A stretch of DNA of 64,000 nt, from NCBI GenBank assembly GCA_963693365.1, contig CAVNZM010000013.1, positions 6,376,640 through 6,440,639 on the forward strand, given 5' to 3'. Made by a program: the position numbers and the translations under genes. Below the pieces are notes generated by a model. The model saw only the letters and a list, made by a program, of their open reading frames with translations. It was not told the origin of the DNA and ran no database searches. Every line of letters begins with the position of its first letter. Within the stretch, counting starts at the first letter, position 1. This document shows, piece by piece, positions 1-46,312 of the stretch. The DNA is from Amoebidium appalachense (taxonomy: Eukaryota; Protista; Ichthyosporea).

Positions 1-204
1 ATGATGCGGTGCATACTCTTTCTATGTGATTTGCGAAAGCGGTGCTGTGCTATCCGTCATGAATGTGCGTTTCGTAATCTGTTGCACATTCTAGCCCCTA
101 ACTACCCCCCTCTCCCCCTCACGCCCTTCCCTCTGTTAAAACCACATACACGCGTGTGTGTGCGGGCAACCCCCCCCCCCCCCCCCCCCCCCCCACCACC
201 ACCA

Positions 205-312
<108 letters not shown>

Positions 313-318
313 ACACAG

Positions 319-13858
<13,540 letters not shown>

Positions 13859-14449
13859 GGCCGATCAGGGGCCGATTATCATTAGCGGTGATTGGACAGG
13901 AGCGGAGGGTTGGCTGTGTGTTGTGGTTCTCTCTCTCCTTGTTTGTATATATGTTCTGTTCTTTCTCCTTGTTTTAATCATTTTACTGTCAAGACTTACC
14001 TCTTTTTTCTTTTCACTTTGCGCCGGGGGGGAAAGGGGGGGCGGGGGGGGGGGTCATTGTTCAGACGCAACACAAAACAGGCACACAAGCATATTATCAA
14101 ACCCATTGGAATGAAGTGTTTAGGTTCCTATTTGTGAAAAGTATCCGATATGCTTCAACGCTTCGACCAAAACACTGTGTGCAAGACAGCACTTCAAATT
14201 TATTGGAGATATGTCACCCATCGATCGTGCTTTATTCGCTTTGCCTGTATTTGATTGGTGCACAGTAGTTTTTGGCGCCATTTTTGAATTTTGACTGAGT
14301 GCACGCTGCTGGACAGTGGGACACAGCAACAGCAACAGAGAATAGGGACATGTCGTAGCATTGACAGGCAGGCAGGCCCTGCCACACGTAGTAAATTGCA
14401 TAAAATCCGGAATTCTCCATGTGTGTGGTGTGTGTGTGTGTGTGTGCAC

Positions 14450-14519
<70 letters not shown>

Positions 14520-14938
14520 TTTGGTTGGCCCGGGGTGGGTGGGTGGGGTGTGGTGGTGGTGGTGGTGGTGAGGGAAGGAGTAGGGGGGGGAGAGAAGGGG
14601 GGAGGGGGGGGGGGGGGGGGGGGGTAATATGTGTTGTAACGATGTAGCCTGACGGCACGTGCCTGTGCGCATGGTGTGTACGTACATGTTCTTGTGGCTA
14701 TGTACGCGTCGTACCTGTGTGTGAGTGTGCCTACGTGCACATGTGGGTGTGGGTTTGTTTGTTTTGTTTAAAGGGCAGAAGTAATTGGTGTGTGTGTGTA
14801 TGTGTGTCTGTGTGTCTGTGTGTCTGTGTGCCTGTACATGTATCCGTGTACGGGTGCGCGCACTTGTGTGTGTGTACGTGTGTGCATGTGTGTTTGGGTG
14901 CTAGTATACGTGTGTGTTTGTTGGGGGAGGGGAGGATA

Positions 14939-14976
<38 letters not shown>

Positions 14977-15231
14977 ATTATATGTTGAATTGAGACCTCA
15001 TGATCCTTTGATGGTTATGTCTTTTCGCCATCCTTACATGAACCTAATTAATTGAAAAATCATTTCGGATATACTGGATTTATGCATACTGGATATACTA
15101 GATATATGCATACTTGATATACTGGAAATATTGGATATACTGCTTAAAGCCACAGCTGGGGTAGCCAATGCTGAGGCACTGCCAACAGATCTTTGCGCTC
15201 ATTTGTTCAGAGTCTGCGTTTTGAGCCCCCC

Positions 15232-15289
<58 letters not shown>

Positions 15290-16091
15290 ACACATACGCA
15301 CATGTACACTCACCTCACACAGCCCCATACATACATGCCAAGCCATATACTACATTCCATGCCTCGTAGGCCAACCATAAATTACCAACGAGAATCGAAA
15401 TGAGGAAAGAACCCCCACAAACCAATTCGACTATAGTTGCACTGATTGAACATGTGAAACCATTCAGTCTTATATCCTTGCCGGGTACACCGGTTACACA
15501 CCAACCCCATCACACACACAAACACAACTGAACAACGGAGGAAACAGTTGTAACCCGGAAAATCGACATTCAGAAATACCTGGGTGCAAAACGTTAATGG
15601 TATCTAGTAAAAGTGCAATATATTCACCATCCAAATTCCAAAACAAAAACCCCAAAATCGCGTACCATCGCCGTATTTTCGCCAATTCTTTGTCTTTGTC
15701 TTTGCGAATCGCCTTCGTAATAAAACACAATCTTCTAACATACTTGCGCGTAATTTCATCTGTTTTTCAAAAGACACCTTCATTTTAACGGTGCACCTAA
15801 CTCGACGAGCCATTCTGCATTTTTGCGTATTTTCACGAATTATCTTCGTACTTTCCCGGTATTTTTGCCCTTCACCTCCGCTGTTTCCCACCACTCCGCC
15901 GTGTTGCCATGCCGTTTACGGTTTGCTGGATTTCCGGTGTTGTCCCATTTTTCGATTGCGATCGGAGAGTCCTGTCGCTATCCATTGCCAGAATTTGGGC
16001 ATTGATTCGTGCACTGTGATCTGTTTTAAAGTGTTTTGGTTCAGGTGGTGTTCTTTTGGTTAGTATTACTGTTCATGTTGTTTACTGATAT

Positions 16092-32401
<16,310 letters not shown>

Positions 32402-32522
32402 TCTCTGCGTAACACGAGCAAGAATCTTCATACATTTACCAATGGTGCACTCTACTTTCCATTATTAGTGTATGCGTCAATTTCCTTGTGTGTGAATTTC
32501 TTTGTAATCGCACTACGGTCGT

Positions 32523-32651
32523 ACGCGAAACACAAGCCACGTAAAAACAAACAAAGCCTCAAGCCAGAGAGCTGCCTCAGAAGCCAGAGAGGTAATAGGT
32601 AAGCCAATCAAAACACTTGAAAGCTTCTGTGGCGGGAACACATTTGATTGG
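32523..32651 (-). promoter_or_regulatory. Putative G1/S-type promoter of the DBF4-like gene (E2F-like sites plus two CCAAT boxes)
   Basis: ACGCGAAA 32523-30, GGCGGGAA 32631-38, CCAAT 32604-08 and ATTGG 32647-51, 120-250 nt upstream of the predicted ATG. Short motifs only. Confidence 0.4.
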
Positions 32652-33359
32652 CTTAAACTGCACCACCAGGTGCCGTCGGGGCGGGGAGAGGGGGGACGGG
32701 GGGGGGGGGGGGGGGAAGTAGAATGCGTTATAGAGTACAAATTGCGCAGTCATTACGGATAACACAAAGCAGTATGTCAGAGTGCAAAGCACAGAGAGAG
32801 AATATTCATAAAAAGTCTCATAAAAGGGGGCACAAGTCATCCACATACATTACCCGTTTTTCGACCTATTCGCCTTATGAGCGAAATATCAAGGGAGGGC
32901 GGGAGGGAGGAAAGGGGAAGGCGGGGGGAGGGAATGGAAGTGAGGCCTGCTTCCCCCAGCACCACGTACGCACGGCTGGCATGCACGCACTCACGCACCT
33001 CACCCATGCGCATCACTGGCGCCGGCACACATATTTGCCACAAGAAGGCGATGACGCTGCCCCCAAGGGCCCTTGTAAACCAGAGGTAGTGAGCCTCAGA
33101 AAGTAAAAATCAAAACTCTTTGTAGCAAAGCCGTTCTGAAGGAGACGAGAACACCACACTAGATGCGGACATAGAGAAACGACCCTGCAGGCACAGGATG
33201 CCCCGGGGGAAAGGGGAGGGGGGGGAGGGAGGTGATGCATGTACGGGTAGAGTCTGGAGCACTACAGAAGGAACGGCAACTGTCACGTGAGGATAATGTG
33301 TATGTGCATGTGTGTGTATGCGTGTGTGTGTGTGTGTATGCGTGCGTGTGTGTCTCTTC

Positions 33360-33406
<47 letters not shown>

Positions 33407-35042
33407 CTTCTGTGTGTGCGTGTGTGCGCCTTTCTGTGTCGCGCCTGTTAAACGTGAAGCCATACAAGTGTGTGAGCGTACCACGTGTGTTGAATTGCTC
33501 TGACTATTTGCCCTCTGCCTCATTTGCCACACTGCGTGGGCACAGGTGCGCACTATAACAGACGTCTTAAGTATAAACCCGTACCGTGGAGTTTGTATTC
33601 GCGTGAATATATTTGTGCGTGTATGCGTGCACTTGAGCACACGAACAAGATTATATTTGCCCGCCCCGGCAAAAGAGCAGGATGTGCGCGGACAAAAAAC
33701 CCCACGTGTGCATCACCGTGACGATCATAATCATCGCGCCTTTTCAGGCGCTTTGCTCTGCTCAGTCGTTACAGCACGTGCTCAGCGCGTTTTCGTGTGT
33801 TTTTCTATGTCTTTTGGGCTCGTGTCATTTAAAATCCTCAACATGACGCAGGTGAATCACTCAACTTACTTGGGTGCCTGGCTGCAGCTGGGTTGCATGT
33901 TTACTCGTTGGCAACTGCAAAAACATACACCCGAGGTTTTTTCCTGGAATACCAACCAGTCCGGTAGTTAAAAGATCTAGATCTTTGCGCAACCATAGAT
34001 CTTCAACCAATCGGGTCGGGCCACTGATCATGTGAGCGATCGATTCAGCCCCGGCTGGGCCGCCGCTCGCGGCGGCGGGCAGCCCCGGCGATTTATCCGC
34101 TCAGAACACACACGGTGTCTCTCTTTCAACTTACCCTCCCTGTAAACGTAAGTGTGGGAGGGGGAGAAAGCACGTGCATGTGTTAGGCTGAGAGTAAAGC
34201 TGGAATGTAAATAGTAGAGTTTCGTATTTAGGCAGGGGTCATGCAGGAACAGCTGGGAATGGAGGAGGGACGGTGGCTGGGACATCATAGGATTCGCTTT
34301 TTGGGGAAGCTAGTTCGAATGGCAAACATGCAGGATTTATGCATACAGGGCGGCGGAAACGTGGAAATCATGCCAACGTGTGCGTTGTTGGGTATGCCAC
34401 TTGAGGCCGAACGTACACGCAAATTGTTTGTGGATTGTTGCACGGAGCTATAGCCCAGCTCGATGGTTCATCGAACTGCAGTCTCACGTGTATATCAACG
34501 GATGGCTAACCAGTTGGCACAGCATGCCGAACTATGATAAACGGTTCGTTGAGGAAGCAGCACCCTGCTTGACGGCGGTTGCAGGTTTCACGGCGGATGA
34601 GTTTCCTGAGCACAGACACGTAAAGTTAAATAGTTTGGGAAACGAAGGATAACCACTTCGCACATTTTGGTGGAAGTAGTAGGATTCCTGCAGTTTGCAG
34701 CACGGGAGTTGAGAATCACACATCCGCTTGACAAAGGCTTGTGGAGGACTGGCGGGAAATGTTTCGGCCGGCATTGCCAGCAATTATTCTCTCCTTCATA
34801 TTTTGTAAACTTATCCTGAGGGGGATACTTGACCGGGCACTCGAGAACAGGTGTGAAGAGAGGGCAACGGTGCTCGGGTTTACGAGTGGGCTCTGTGAGG
34901 GTGTTCTAAACTTGCCCTTGAGAATCGGTGTGAAGAGGGTTTGTGGGGGGGGGGGGGGGGGGGGTTAGGATTTGTGTGTGTTCTGGCCGTGCAGCATCTG
35001 ACGGTGGTGGTGGGTCACAGGCAGTGAGCAAAGAGTGCCACA

Positions 35043-37953
<2,911 letters not shown>

Positions 37954-38427
37954 AAACCCCCCCCTCCTGGTGACCGGAAATTGGGAAAGTAATCACCGAG
38001 CATGCACACAGTGTGTGTGTGCAGGTGTGTCGTTGCGCCAAGTTTGTCGCTGCTGAAAAAACAGTAAAAATGAGGTGTAACTAAACTCGTGTGTGCCCCG
38101 ACTCGACTGCCCTCTGAAATAATACGATCATACGGAGTTATGTGTGAGTGCCTGTTGAGCGTCGTGTGCATGTGTGATGTGCTGTTGTGTAATTGGTGTG
38201 GCAGGCCGTCTACATACAGTACGACTACAAATGTATCAACCAACAACCTGCAACAGTGGACAAAGGCACGTGTGGGCTGGCACACAACACGTACGCATGT
38301 CATGAAACTTGTGCCCACACATGGTCGGTATGAGTATGTTTTTGTGTGGTTGGGATTACATGTACACCGGAGGAAGGGGGAGGTAGGTCACGTTGTTTGC
38401 GTGTATGTCATGCATATGTCACCTTCC

Positions 38428-38458
<31 letters not shown>

Positions 38459-38631
38459 ACTGCAATGCAAGCCTGCTTATAGGGCCCGCCCAGGGGTTTG
38501 TTCTGTGATTAATAAAACAGACCCCAGTGGCCATGCATGTATGTGTGAATGTGCACGTAGTGATGTACATGTTTAGCCAAGGCGTGGGTCCAGATGCAAC
38601 ATGCTTCAAGTTTTTGGGTCCGGGGCCGGAT

Positions 38632-39529
38632 GTGTGCATATGTTGGAGGGTGCACATCTGCATATAACAGATGGACGATCGTTTGCATATGGGGGGGGGG
38701 GGGGGGGGGGGCTGCTGACTGTGGTGACGCGTACGGGCCTCTTGAATTTCTCACATAATTGTGTTCGTGTGTTTGAATGCATGCATAGCAATTTACTGTG
38801 CGTGTACAATGTTACCTAAGCCTATGCCTATGAAAAAGGGGCCGAAGCTTCAATTCGAGTGGACTAGTCGGGCGGGCGGGACCCAGTGCACCGTGCCACA
38901 AAACCATTCTCTTTGGTGGTAATGTTAGTTTTTCTTTTTTGCCTCGAGCTTCACTCCTCCCCCTCAGGGCGGCCCTCGTCCACCTCTCTCTCTCTCTCCC
39001 TGTTTATTCTCTATTCTGAATGACCCTCTGACCCGGCCCTTCTCCCCTGTCACCAGTACCTTCTCCCCGACCCCTTCCTCCCCCCTTTTGATATTACATT
39101 TCCTGCCCTTCCCCCTCCCCCCCAGGTCTCTCTTCCCTAGTTCCTGGGGGTGGGGCCCCGTGCACGTGTTGGTGGTGTTGGCGTGGTAGTGGTGGTGGTT
39201 GGAGGGTGTACATCTGCATACAGATGGACGATCGAATTCAGATGCATGCATCTACTGTATGTGCATGCCTGTTTTGCGATGCATGCATCTACTGTATGTT
39301 TATGCTTGTTTTGCATGATGCATGCATCATGTATGCATGTTTATAGCAGCAAGATTGTTCAACGGTCACTGCCACGTGTGCGTTTGTGTGTACATGTGTG
39401 CAATTGCATGCACATATGCCACATGCATTATGTGCTTGCGTCATGTGCATGCATGTGATTGCTCATGTTTACATACTATGAACGGTTTGTGTGTGTGTGT
39501 GGGGTGGTGGTGGGAGGAGGGGTTTGGGG

Positions 39530-39588
<59 letters not shown>

Positions 39589-39950
39589 GGGCACGGGCCT
39601 CTTCTCACATTAATTGTGTTCGTGTGTTGTAAATGCATTGCAATGGTGTGTGTGCCATTAAACATGAAAAAAAAAAAAAAAAGGGGGGGGGGGGGCGAAA
39701 TGTCACACGAAAGGATTTTAGTGGACATGCGGGCGCCGGGGAGTGCACGCGCATGTAAGTGGTAGTTTCTCTTTTTTTGCCTCCTTCACTATTCCCTCCC
39801 TCCCCTCCTCGTCCCCCCCCCCCACCTAATAGTGTCTTTCTCTTCCTCCCGCTCTAGTCTTATCCTCTGTCCCTCCTCCCCTGTCACATCCCCCCTCCCC
39901 CCCTCCCCACCTTTCCCTCCACCCACCCCTCTTTCTCTCTTCCCAGTTCC
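38632..39950. repeat. Degenerate tandem duplication (two units of roughly 0.6-0.75 kb)
   Basis: Shared blocks in the same order: gttggagggtgYacatctgcat...cagatggacgatcg (38642, 39198); acgggcctctt...ataattgtgttcgtgtgtt (38733, 39593); tagttt...tttgcctc...ttcact (38926, 39763). Confidence 0.55.
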
Positions 39951-40292
39951 CAGGGGCGGGGGCATGGTGTTGTTGGTGGTGGTGTGGTTACAGGTGGTGG
40001 TGGTGGTGGTGGTTGGGGGGGTGGGGGTGAGGGTGAGGTTGGGGTGTGGGGTGGGTGGGGGGGGGAGTGGGGGGGGCATGGTGGTGAGGGTGGTGATGGT
40101 GGTGTGTGTGTAATATTTTTTATTTTTTTTATTTTTTATTTTTTAATTTTCTTTTTTGGGGGGGGGGGGGGGGGGGGGGAAGGAGGGGGGGGGGATGGAG
40201 GGGATTAGAATTCGTTGAGTACGAAGCACACATTCATTCATGACGGACAAACAATCCGAATATTGCAGAGCATGCACAAAGAATATGCATCA

Positions 40293-40342
<50 letters not shown>

Positions 40343-40364
40343 GTGGTGGTGGTGGGGGGGGAGG

Positions 40365-40407
<43 letters not shown>

Positions 40408-40947
40408 GGGAGGGGGGGGGGGAGGATATGCAATTGTCTGGGTCAGCATGAATCGACCGAATTGGGTATGGGGATTCCTGAAAGGCGGGTAAGGGCGAGG
40501 TGGAATAGGAGCGGGAGGGGGGGGGGTATGTGTTTGCACATACAATGAGTGAGTGCGTGGGCGTTGTGTGAGAAGGAGGGAATATGTGTTTTTAACCCCT
40601 CACACATACATAAACAACTGACGTGTGTCAGAGACGAGGGAGAAGAATAAACGGCGCGCGGGCCGGGGGGGGGGGGGGGGGGGGGGGGAGAGGGGGGAGG
40701 GGGGGGGGGGCACAAGTGGAACTGCATAAATATGAACAAAAGAGGGATTTTTGGGGGGGTCTTTTTATGTTAACCGTGAGCAAGTGTATTTTTCTGTTTA
40801 TTCTGTTTTGCTAAGCTACGTATTCTCTTACTTGATGGAACACATTACACGTTCACATTACTCTAACACCAAACAAATGCCTAACAAGCCGCTTCGCAAA
40901 TACTGCAATGCCCTCCCACTTATGTCACTCGCATGAAACATGTCCAC

Positions 40948-41766
40948 TTACTCGCTATTTGTTTCCGATCTGCCAAAATGATGCTTCGTCTTCTTATGCT
41001 TCGTCAAGGCGGATGAAGTAAAATAACTTGAATCACAATTCTCATACGGGCACACATACAGCCTTTCCCCGGTGTGTGCCGTTCGCACGTGAACGGCAAG
41101 ATCCCCTGCTGTTCGGAATGATTTTTCACAACCTTGAAATTTACATGGGTGTGGTTTTTCCCCCGTGTGCACCCGCACGTGAACGTTTTTCGCGCTGTTC
41201 GTCATGAACGCTGCACCACAACCCTCGAACGGGCAAATAACCGTTTTTTGAATTTCGCCTTCGTGGTTTTTAATGTGGAGATCAATTCCCCATTTTGTCG
41301 TCAGAACCACACGGCAGCCCTTGTATGTGCAGGGATAGAGTATTTTCTCCTGTCCTGGTGTATGTTTCGCCTTGATATGAGCCGTCAAGTGCTTCTTGCG
41401 CAGGTAAGTCGCCCCGCAGCCTGGCTCGGGGCAAGCAAACGGCCTCGTGCCCGTGTGTTTAACCATGTGGTCTCTAAACTGGTACAATTGATCGGACGCG
41501 TATCCACATCCATACTCGCACACATACTTCTGTTCAGAGTTGTCTTCGTCTTGGGTCTCTTCCTTCCGTCCTCTTTTTTTAAGGGGTGTCTTCTCTTCAC
41601 TAACGTCGTCTGTGTTGGTGCTTGAGAGATTTTTTTCTAATGTCTGAACCTGCGACTCTAGCACGTTTAGTCTGTTGTTCTGAATGGCAATCACCGTCAC
41701 CAAGTCTCTTATCACCTCCCGTGTACTCGGGTCAGAGATGCTATCGATGTGCTCGCTGGTTAACAT
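40948..41766 (-). CDS. Intronless C2H2 zinc-finger protein (six fingers, TGEKP-type linkers, N-terminal coiled coil and basic patch)
   Basis: 272-aa ORF with six fingers, mostly C-x4-C (e.g. CPEPGC...HLTAHIKAKH, CKFQGC...DLAVHVRTAH), and HTGTRP/HTGEKP/HTGERL linkers. Resembles TFIIIA/ZNF143-type fingers; orthology not established. Confidence 0.9.
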   Translation of the reverse strand: MLTSEHIDSISDPSTREVIRDLVTVIAIQNNRLNVLESQVQTLEKNLSSTNTDDVSEEKTPLKKRGRKEETQDEDNSEQKYVCEYGCGYASDQLYQFRDHMVKHTGTRPFACPEPGCGATYLRKKHLTAHIKAKHTPGQEKILYPCTYKGCRVVLTTKWGIDLHIKNHEGEIQKTVICPFEGCGAAFMTNSAKNVHVRVHTGEKPHPCKFQGCEKSFRTAGDLAVHVRTAHTGERLYVCPYENCDSSYFTSSALTKHKKTKHHFGRSETNSE

Positions 41767-42488
41767 GGTTGCTAGAAAAAAAGGAAGGGCTCAAGTATCA
41801 TTACGCGTACTTGTGGATTGTGAGAAGACGAGAGAAAATATGGTGTTTAATGAAAAGAATAATGGTTCTCTCTAATGCTCTGTGCGAACTGAAAGACGCT
41901 GAGACTTGGCCATGAAGTATTTGTGCTCAGCTGACTACGAAGCGAGGTATCGCTGGCAGCGGCGGAAGCAACGGTGTGACGTCATAGAAGTTATTGCGTC
42001 CAGTACGTTTATCATATTAAGGTATCCAAAACGACGTCCGATTGGCTGCATGACTTCTACCTGACTGACAGAATCATTCATTGAACAAGATAGATCATAG
42101 CACCCATGGGCAGTACACCAGACCGTCACCCCAACCATCGCCAAGGTAACTTACAGCTGCTGGTGGCAGGCTACATGATGGTTAGTAGGTGGCTGGTTCA
42201 GTGGGCGTAAGAGAAACAGAAGAGAGGAACTGAAGAGAGGCTGTACTGAGATTCACTTTGAACAATCGAGAAATGTTCTCAGTAATGCAGGGATGGGTGC
42301 GTAGCATGAGCACGGACGGGCGCGTGCATACACATCCTCAAAACACAAACACGCACGCTCCCTCCATCTCCCCCCCCCCCCTCCCCCCCCTCCCCACCCT
42401 ATTTATCCCTCCGCTTCTCCCAGCGCTTCTTTTTTCTTTCTCTTTTTTCTTTCTCCCATCACCACCCTTTTATTAGCTCTCTTCCTCT

Positions 42489-42528
<40 letters not shown>

Positions 42529-45500
42529 TTTTCAGCCCCCCTTCCCCTTCCTGCTTTCTCTCTCTTCCCCCTCTCTGTTCCCTCTCTATCTCTCCACCCC
42601 CCCCACCTTTTTCTATGTTTTTTTTTTTTTCCAACCCCCTTCCCCCCCCCTCTTCGCCCCCCACCCTCTACCTGGAACGTCGAGGTTATTCTCTCCCTCT
42701 TTTCCCCCCTCCCTCCCGCTACGGCATGTCTCGCTGACTGTATCTCCTCCTCCTCCTCCCCCCCCCCCCCCCCCCCCCCCCCCCCTTCCCCTACCTTTCC
42801 CCCGCACACGTAAGGCCCATTCGCTCCCCGAGGCTCTGTTATCCATTTTCCCTCCCTGGTTCCCAGGCTGGAGAAGAAAGCCTTAGGGCTCAAGGACAAG
42901 TGAGCACAAAACGAAAACGCTTTAGGCACAGATCAATGAAACACGATGTCAGACTGTTGTTTCGAGATCTTGGTCTGAAAGAGTTTAATTTCAAATAGGT
43001 TGAAATAGTACGGCAGTTTTGGTGGTGGGTGAGCCTCTATGGTAGGGTGGGGGGAGGGAGGAGGGAGAGAAGCAGGGGAAGGGGGTGGATAGAAAACAAT
43101 CGGATCCACCGTCCTTAACCCGCCCCCCTTCCCCCCTCCCCCTCCTTTGAGGACCTCACCCAGAAAATGCTACTAATCCCTACTTTCGATCAGCTCTGTG
43201 GTTGTCGAAAATTTTGGTGATCCCTTTCGTTGCCTAAGCAGATCTGTGCAGACTCTCAAAAAACCTTTGACTGTTACCATAACGGGGACCCCGCAAGCTG
43301 TTCACTCGAGGCGTTGAGACCGGTGTCAGGTAAGAAGGCCTCAACTTTTCGTGCGTCCCAGAAAACTTTGCGCTATATCAGGTGCCTGGTGCCCCTGATA
43401 CTTTTTCCGACTGAGCCTCTTTTTTTTTCGGTAATAAACTTTAACTGTAACGACGTACCGAGTAAATTATCGTGGTCCCCTTTTTCCCCCCCAAGTTACT
43501 GTAAGTTATTCATTCATTTAGTCATGTTTCAATGTTTTTTTTTTTTTTTTTTTTTTTTTGGGTGGGGGGGGGGGGGGGGGGGGGGGGGGGGGTCCCTTGG
43601 ACAACAGTTATCTGCGGCTGGTGTTCCTGTGCCTGTGTGTTTGCGCCGTGTGTGTGTATGTGGGTGTGTGCGTATGTGGGGGTATGAGTGTGTAGGGGTG
43701 TGTGGGGGTGTTTGTGTGTGTGTGTGTGTGTGCACGTGTGGGTGTGTGTGTGGTTGAGTGAGTGGGTGCCGTGTGCACATGTGTATGTGTGCGTGCGTGC
43801 GCGCGTGCGTGCGTGGGTGCGTGTTACATTTCGTGGTCGTTTGAAGACGGTGTGGAGAGTGGGCACCATCCCCAAAATGGCGGAAATCAACCGTTGGCAG
43901 ACTCGAAAGCGTTTTGTGGTGTTCTCGAGCGGGGCCAGAAAATGACGTCATTTAGTCCGTAGAACAGACTACCTCACGTGGTCACCGAGATGATATTACA
44001 GATTTGCGCGCCTTTTTTAAAGCTACAAGCCAATCAGCGAAAGGTACAGACCCATCAGTGACTCGTACCGAATCGAAAGCGAGCCGGGCCAGACAACAGA
44101 GCATACATCGTGGCACATGCAACCACAAAAGGGTAACATCATAGGAAACACAACAAATGACTGCTTTGCAATTTTCAATTGAGAAGATAACAATTTTTTT
44201 TTTGTTTACTGAAAATGACCATTATCTACGGAGAATTTTTATTTGATTATCAGGCATTGTAAAGAGCATTGAGTAGGGTAAATAGTATCAACATCTGCAT
44301 GGTCACGAAAGGAGTCCCAAGTGCCCCTGGAATGGTAACCAGTGGAATTTAAAGAGAATTACGTGCAGCTTTAAACTATAACAAAACAAATGTAATAATC
44401 TCTCATTTATTTTATCATGCTGCTATGATACAGGCTGTGTTTTGGTGGTGTAATTATCGAGGTTCGTCAATCTAACTTGTGGTATGTTGCTGCGCTGCCA
44501 ATGTACACGACGTTTATCCAATGGGCGGGCGGCAGCAAGCCTACTCTGAAAAGGCACAGCTTAAAAATGAATTTACCATATATAGTAGAAACGCGAAACA
44601 TTTAACCAATCACAGGGCGATTTTTGATTTCTTCTTAATTCAAAAAGAGTAATATTGAAAAGTTTCGCATTTGATTGGCTACGGCGAGAAAAGCGCGCTG
44701 GGGAGATCAGCGCAGATTGAGCATCACCAAATCCCACGCAATTATAAGTTTCCGGGAAGATATCATGAGGTAGATCTTGAAAATACAGTTTGTGACCCCA
44801 CACGTGGACCATATAAGCGCAAAAGGATAATCATAATGATGGATTTAATATTGATCGAGTCTCAAATCGAGAACGCCATGACCTCCAACTTAACCTGCCT
44901 TCAAGGAGAAAAAAATTAGCTTAGTTTTGACTAATATGAACTCTTTGCGAATGAGAAAGCGAGATTCCTGCTCGGAAAATGAGGGGTTACGGGGTTCTTT
45001 AGCCTTAACAAAGTGCAAGAGGATTCTGAAATAAATTCGGGTTTTCATGCTGATTATTCTTCGCCCGTTGTATTGGAATTGAATCACGTTTTGGTCAGGG
45101 CGCTTGCTTGTGTGTGTGATTTTGGAACCATGAAAATTGGTCTGATCCTCTTGGAGACGAAGTGGGTGTTTTGCACCTGAATAAACACAAACAAACAATA
45201 CTCTCTGTATGTAAAATAATACAACATAATGTTTTTAGTGGCATAATTTACTACAATATGACTCCTAATCACATTCCTAATCCCCTTTTCCTTGCGTCTC
45301 TAGGGCCGCTATTGCAGGGGATTTTTTGCCCGTTAGTGATTTGACCAGTGTAACGGACGGAAAACATAGGCATGCACCATTCGGCGAACGCACTCATCAC
45401 TTCAACCCACAACCACAGGACATGACGTGACCCCGCTACCGGGAAAGGAAAATTTTCTTCGGAAAGGCACCGGAAAAGAACATCGAAGGAAAGATTGGGA

Positions 45501-46312
45501 AATAATACGGGTTTCGAGTACAGATTATTTATTTGGGTTGATTGAGTAGAAGGTGCGCGCCGTCTTTTATTTAGGTTCCGCGTGTACTCTTAGTAGCCCA
45601 GTGTCCGGAGTCGTGAACACGGTGTTGCTTATAGCCAAGCAATAGCTCGAGCTTGGAGAAGTATCAATTTTCGAGGTTTTTTTTTGTATTTAGTACGACA
45701 TCTTTTGTATTTTTTCTGAAAAGCACTTGTACTCGTGTGATATTATTCTGAAAAGACTTCAATATAGTCCAGCAGGGTTACTACACCTTCGATCAGGTAG
45801 GGTTTCTTGCTCCTTCCTTGTTTCTAGCCCCTAACTCTTGGCTTTTGCTTGTCTTTACCCTCTACTTTCTCTTTTTTATGAAGATTGGCTACATATGTTG
45901 AAGTGTTGTGTCAATTGAAACTCTAAGTGTTGCTTTGCATCTGTAGTTGCCCTCAAGATCGCCTGTGGGTGTTCTGTCAGTCCAAACTCGTTGCGTTACT
46001 TTTCTGGTGGGTTAAAGCTTATAGCCGAGAGGATCTAGGCTTGTTCCATGCGTCTGTTCTCATGGCAGTTATGGACTTAATTTCTTTTTAGCATTGTGAA
46101 GACGTGTTGAAAAAAGTTTTCTACCTTGGATACAGGTGCACACTTCTTTTGCATCCATAAGGCTCTACGGTTACAGTGGAGCTTGGTAAGACACCTTATT
46201 AGCAGGTGCAAAACCGTGGAAGTGTCGGTTTCAAAGTTTAGCTGGGACTACTGTTGAAAGCAGTTGCTGTATTTTCTTACCTTGATATTTTCCTTCCTTT
46301 ACAGTTGGGAAG

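Noticed and set aside
44890-45198. 102-aa minus-strand ORF
   Set aside because: No recognisable domain or coherent exon chain; may be a TE relic or chance.
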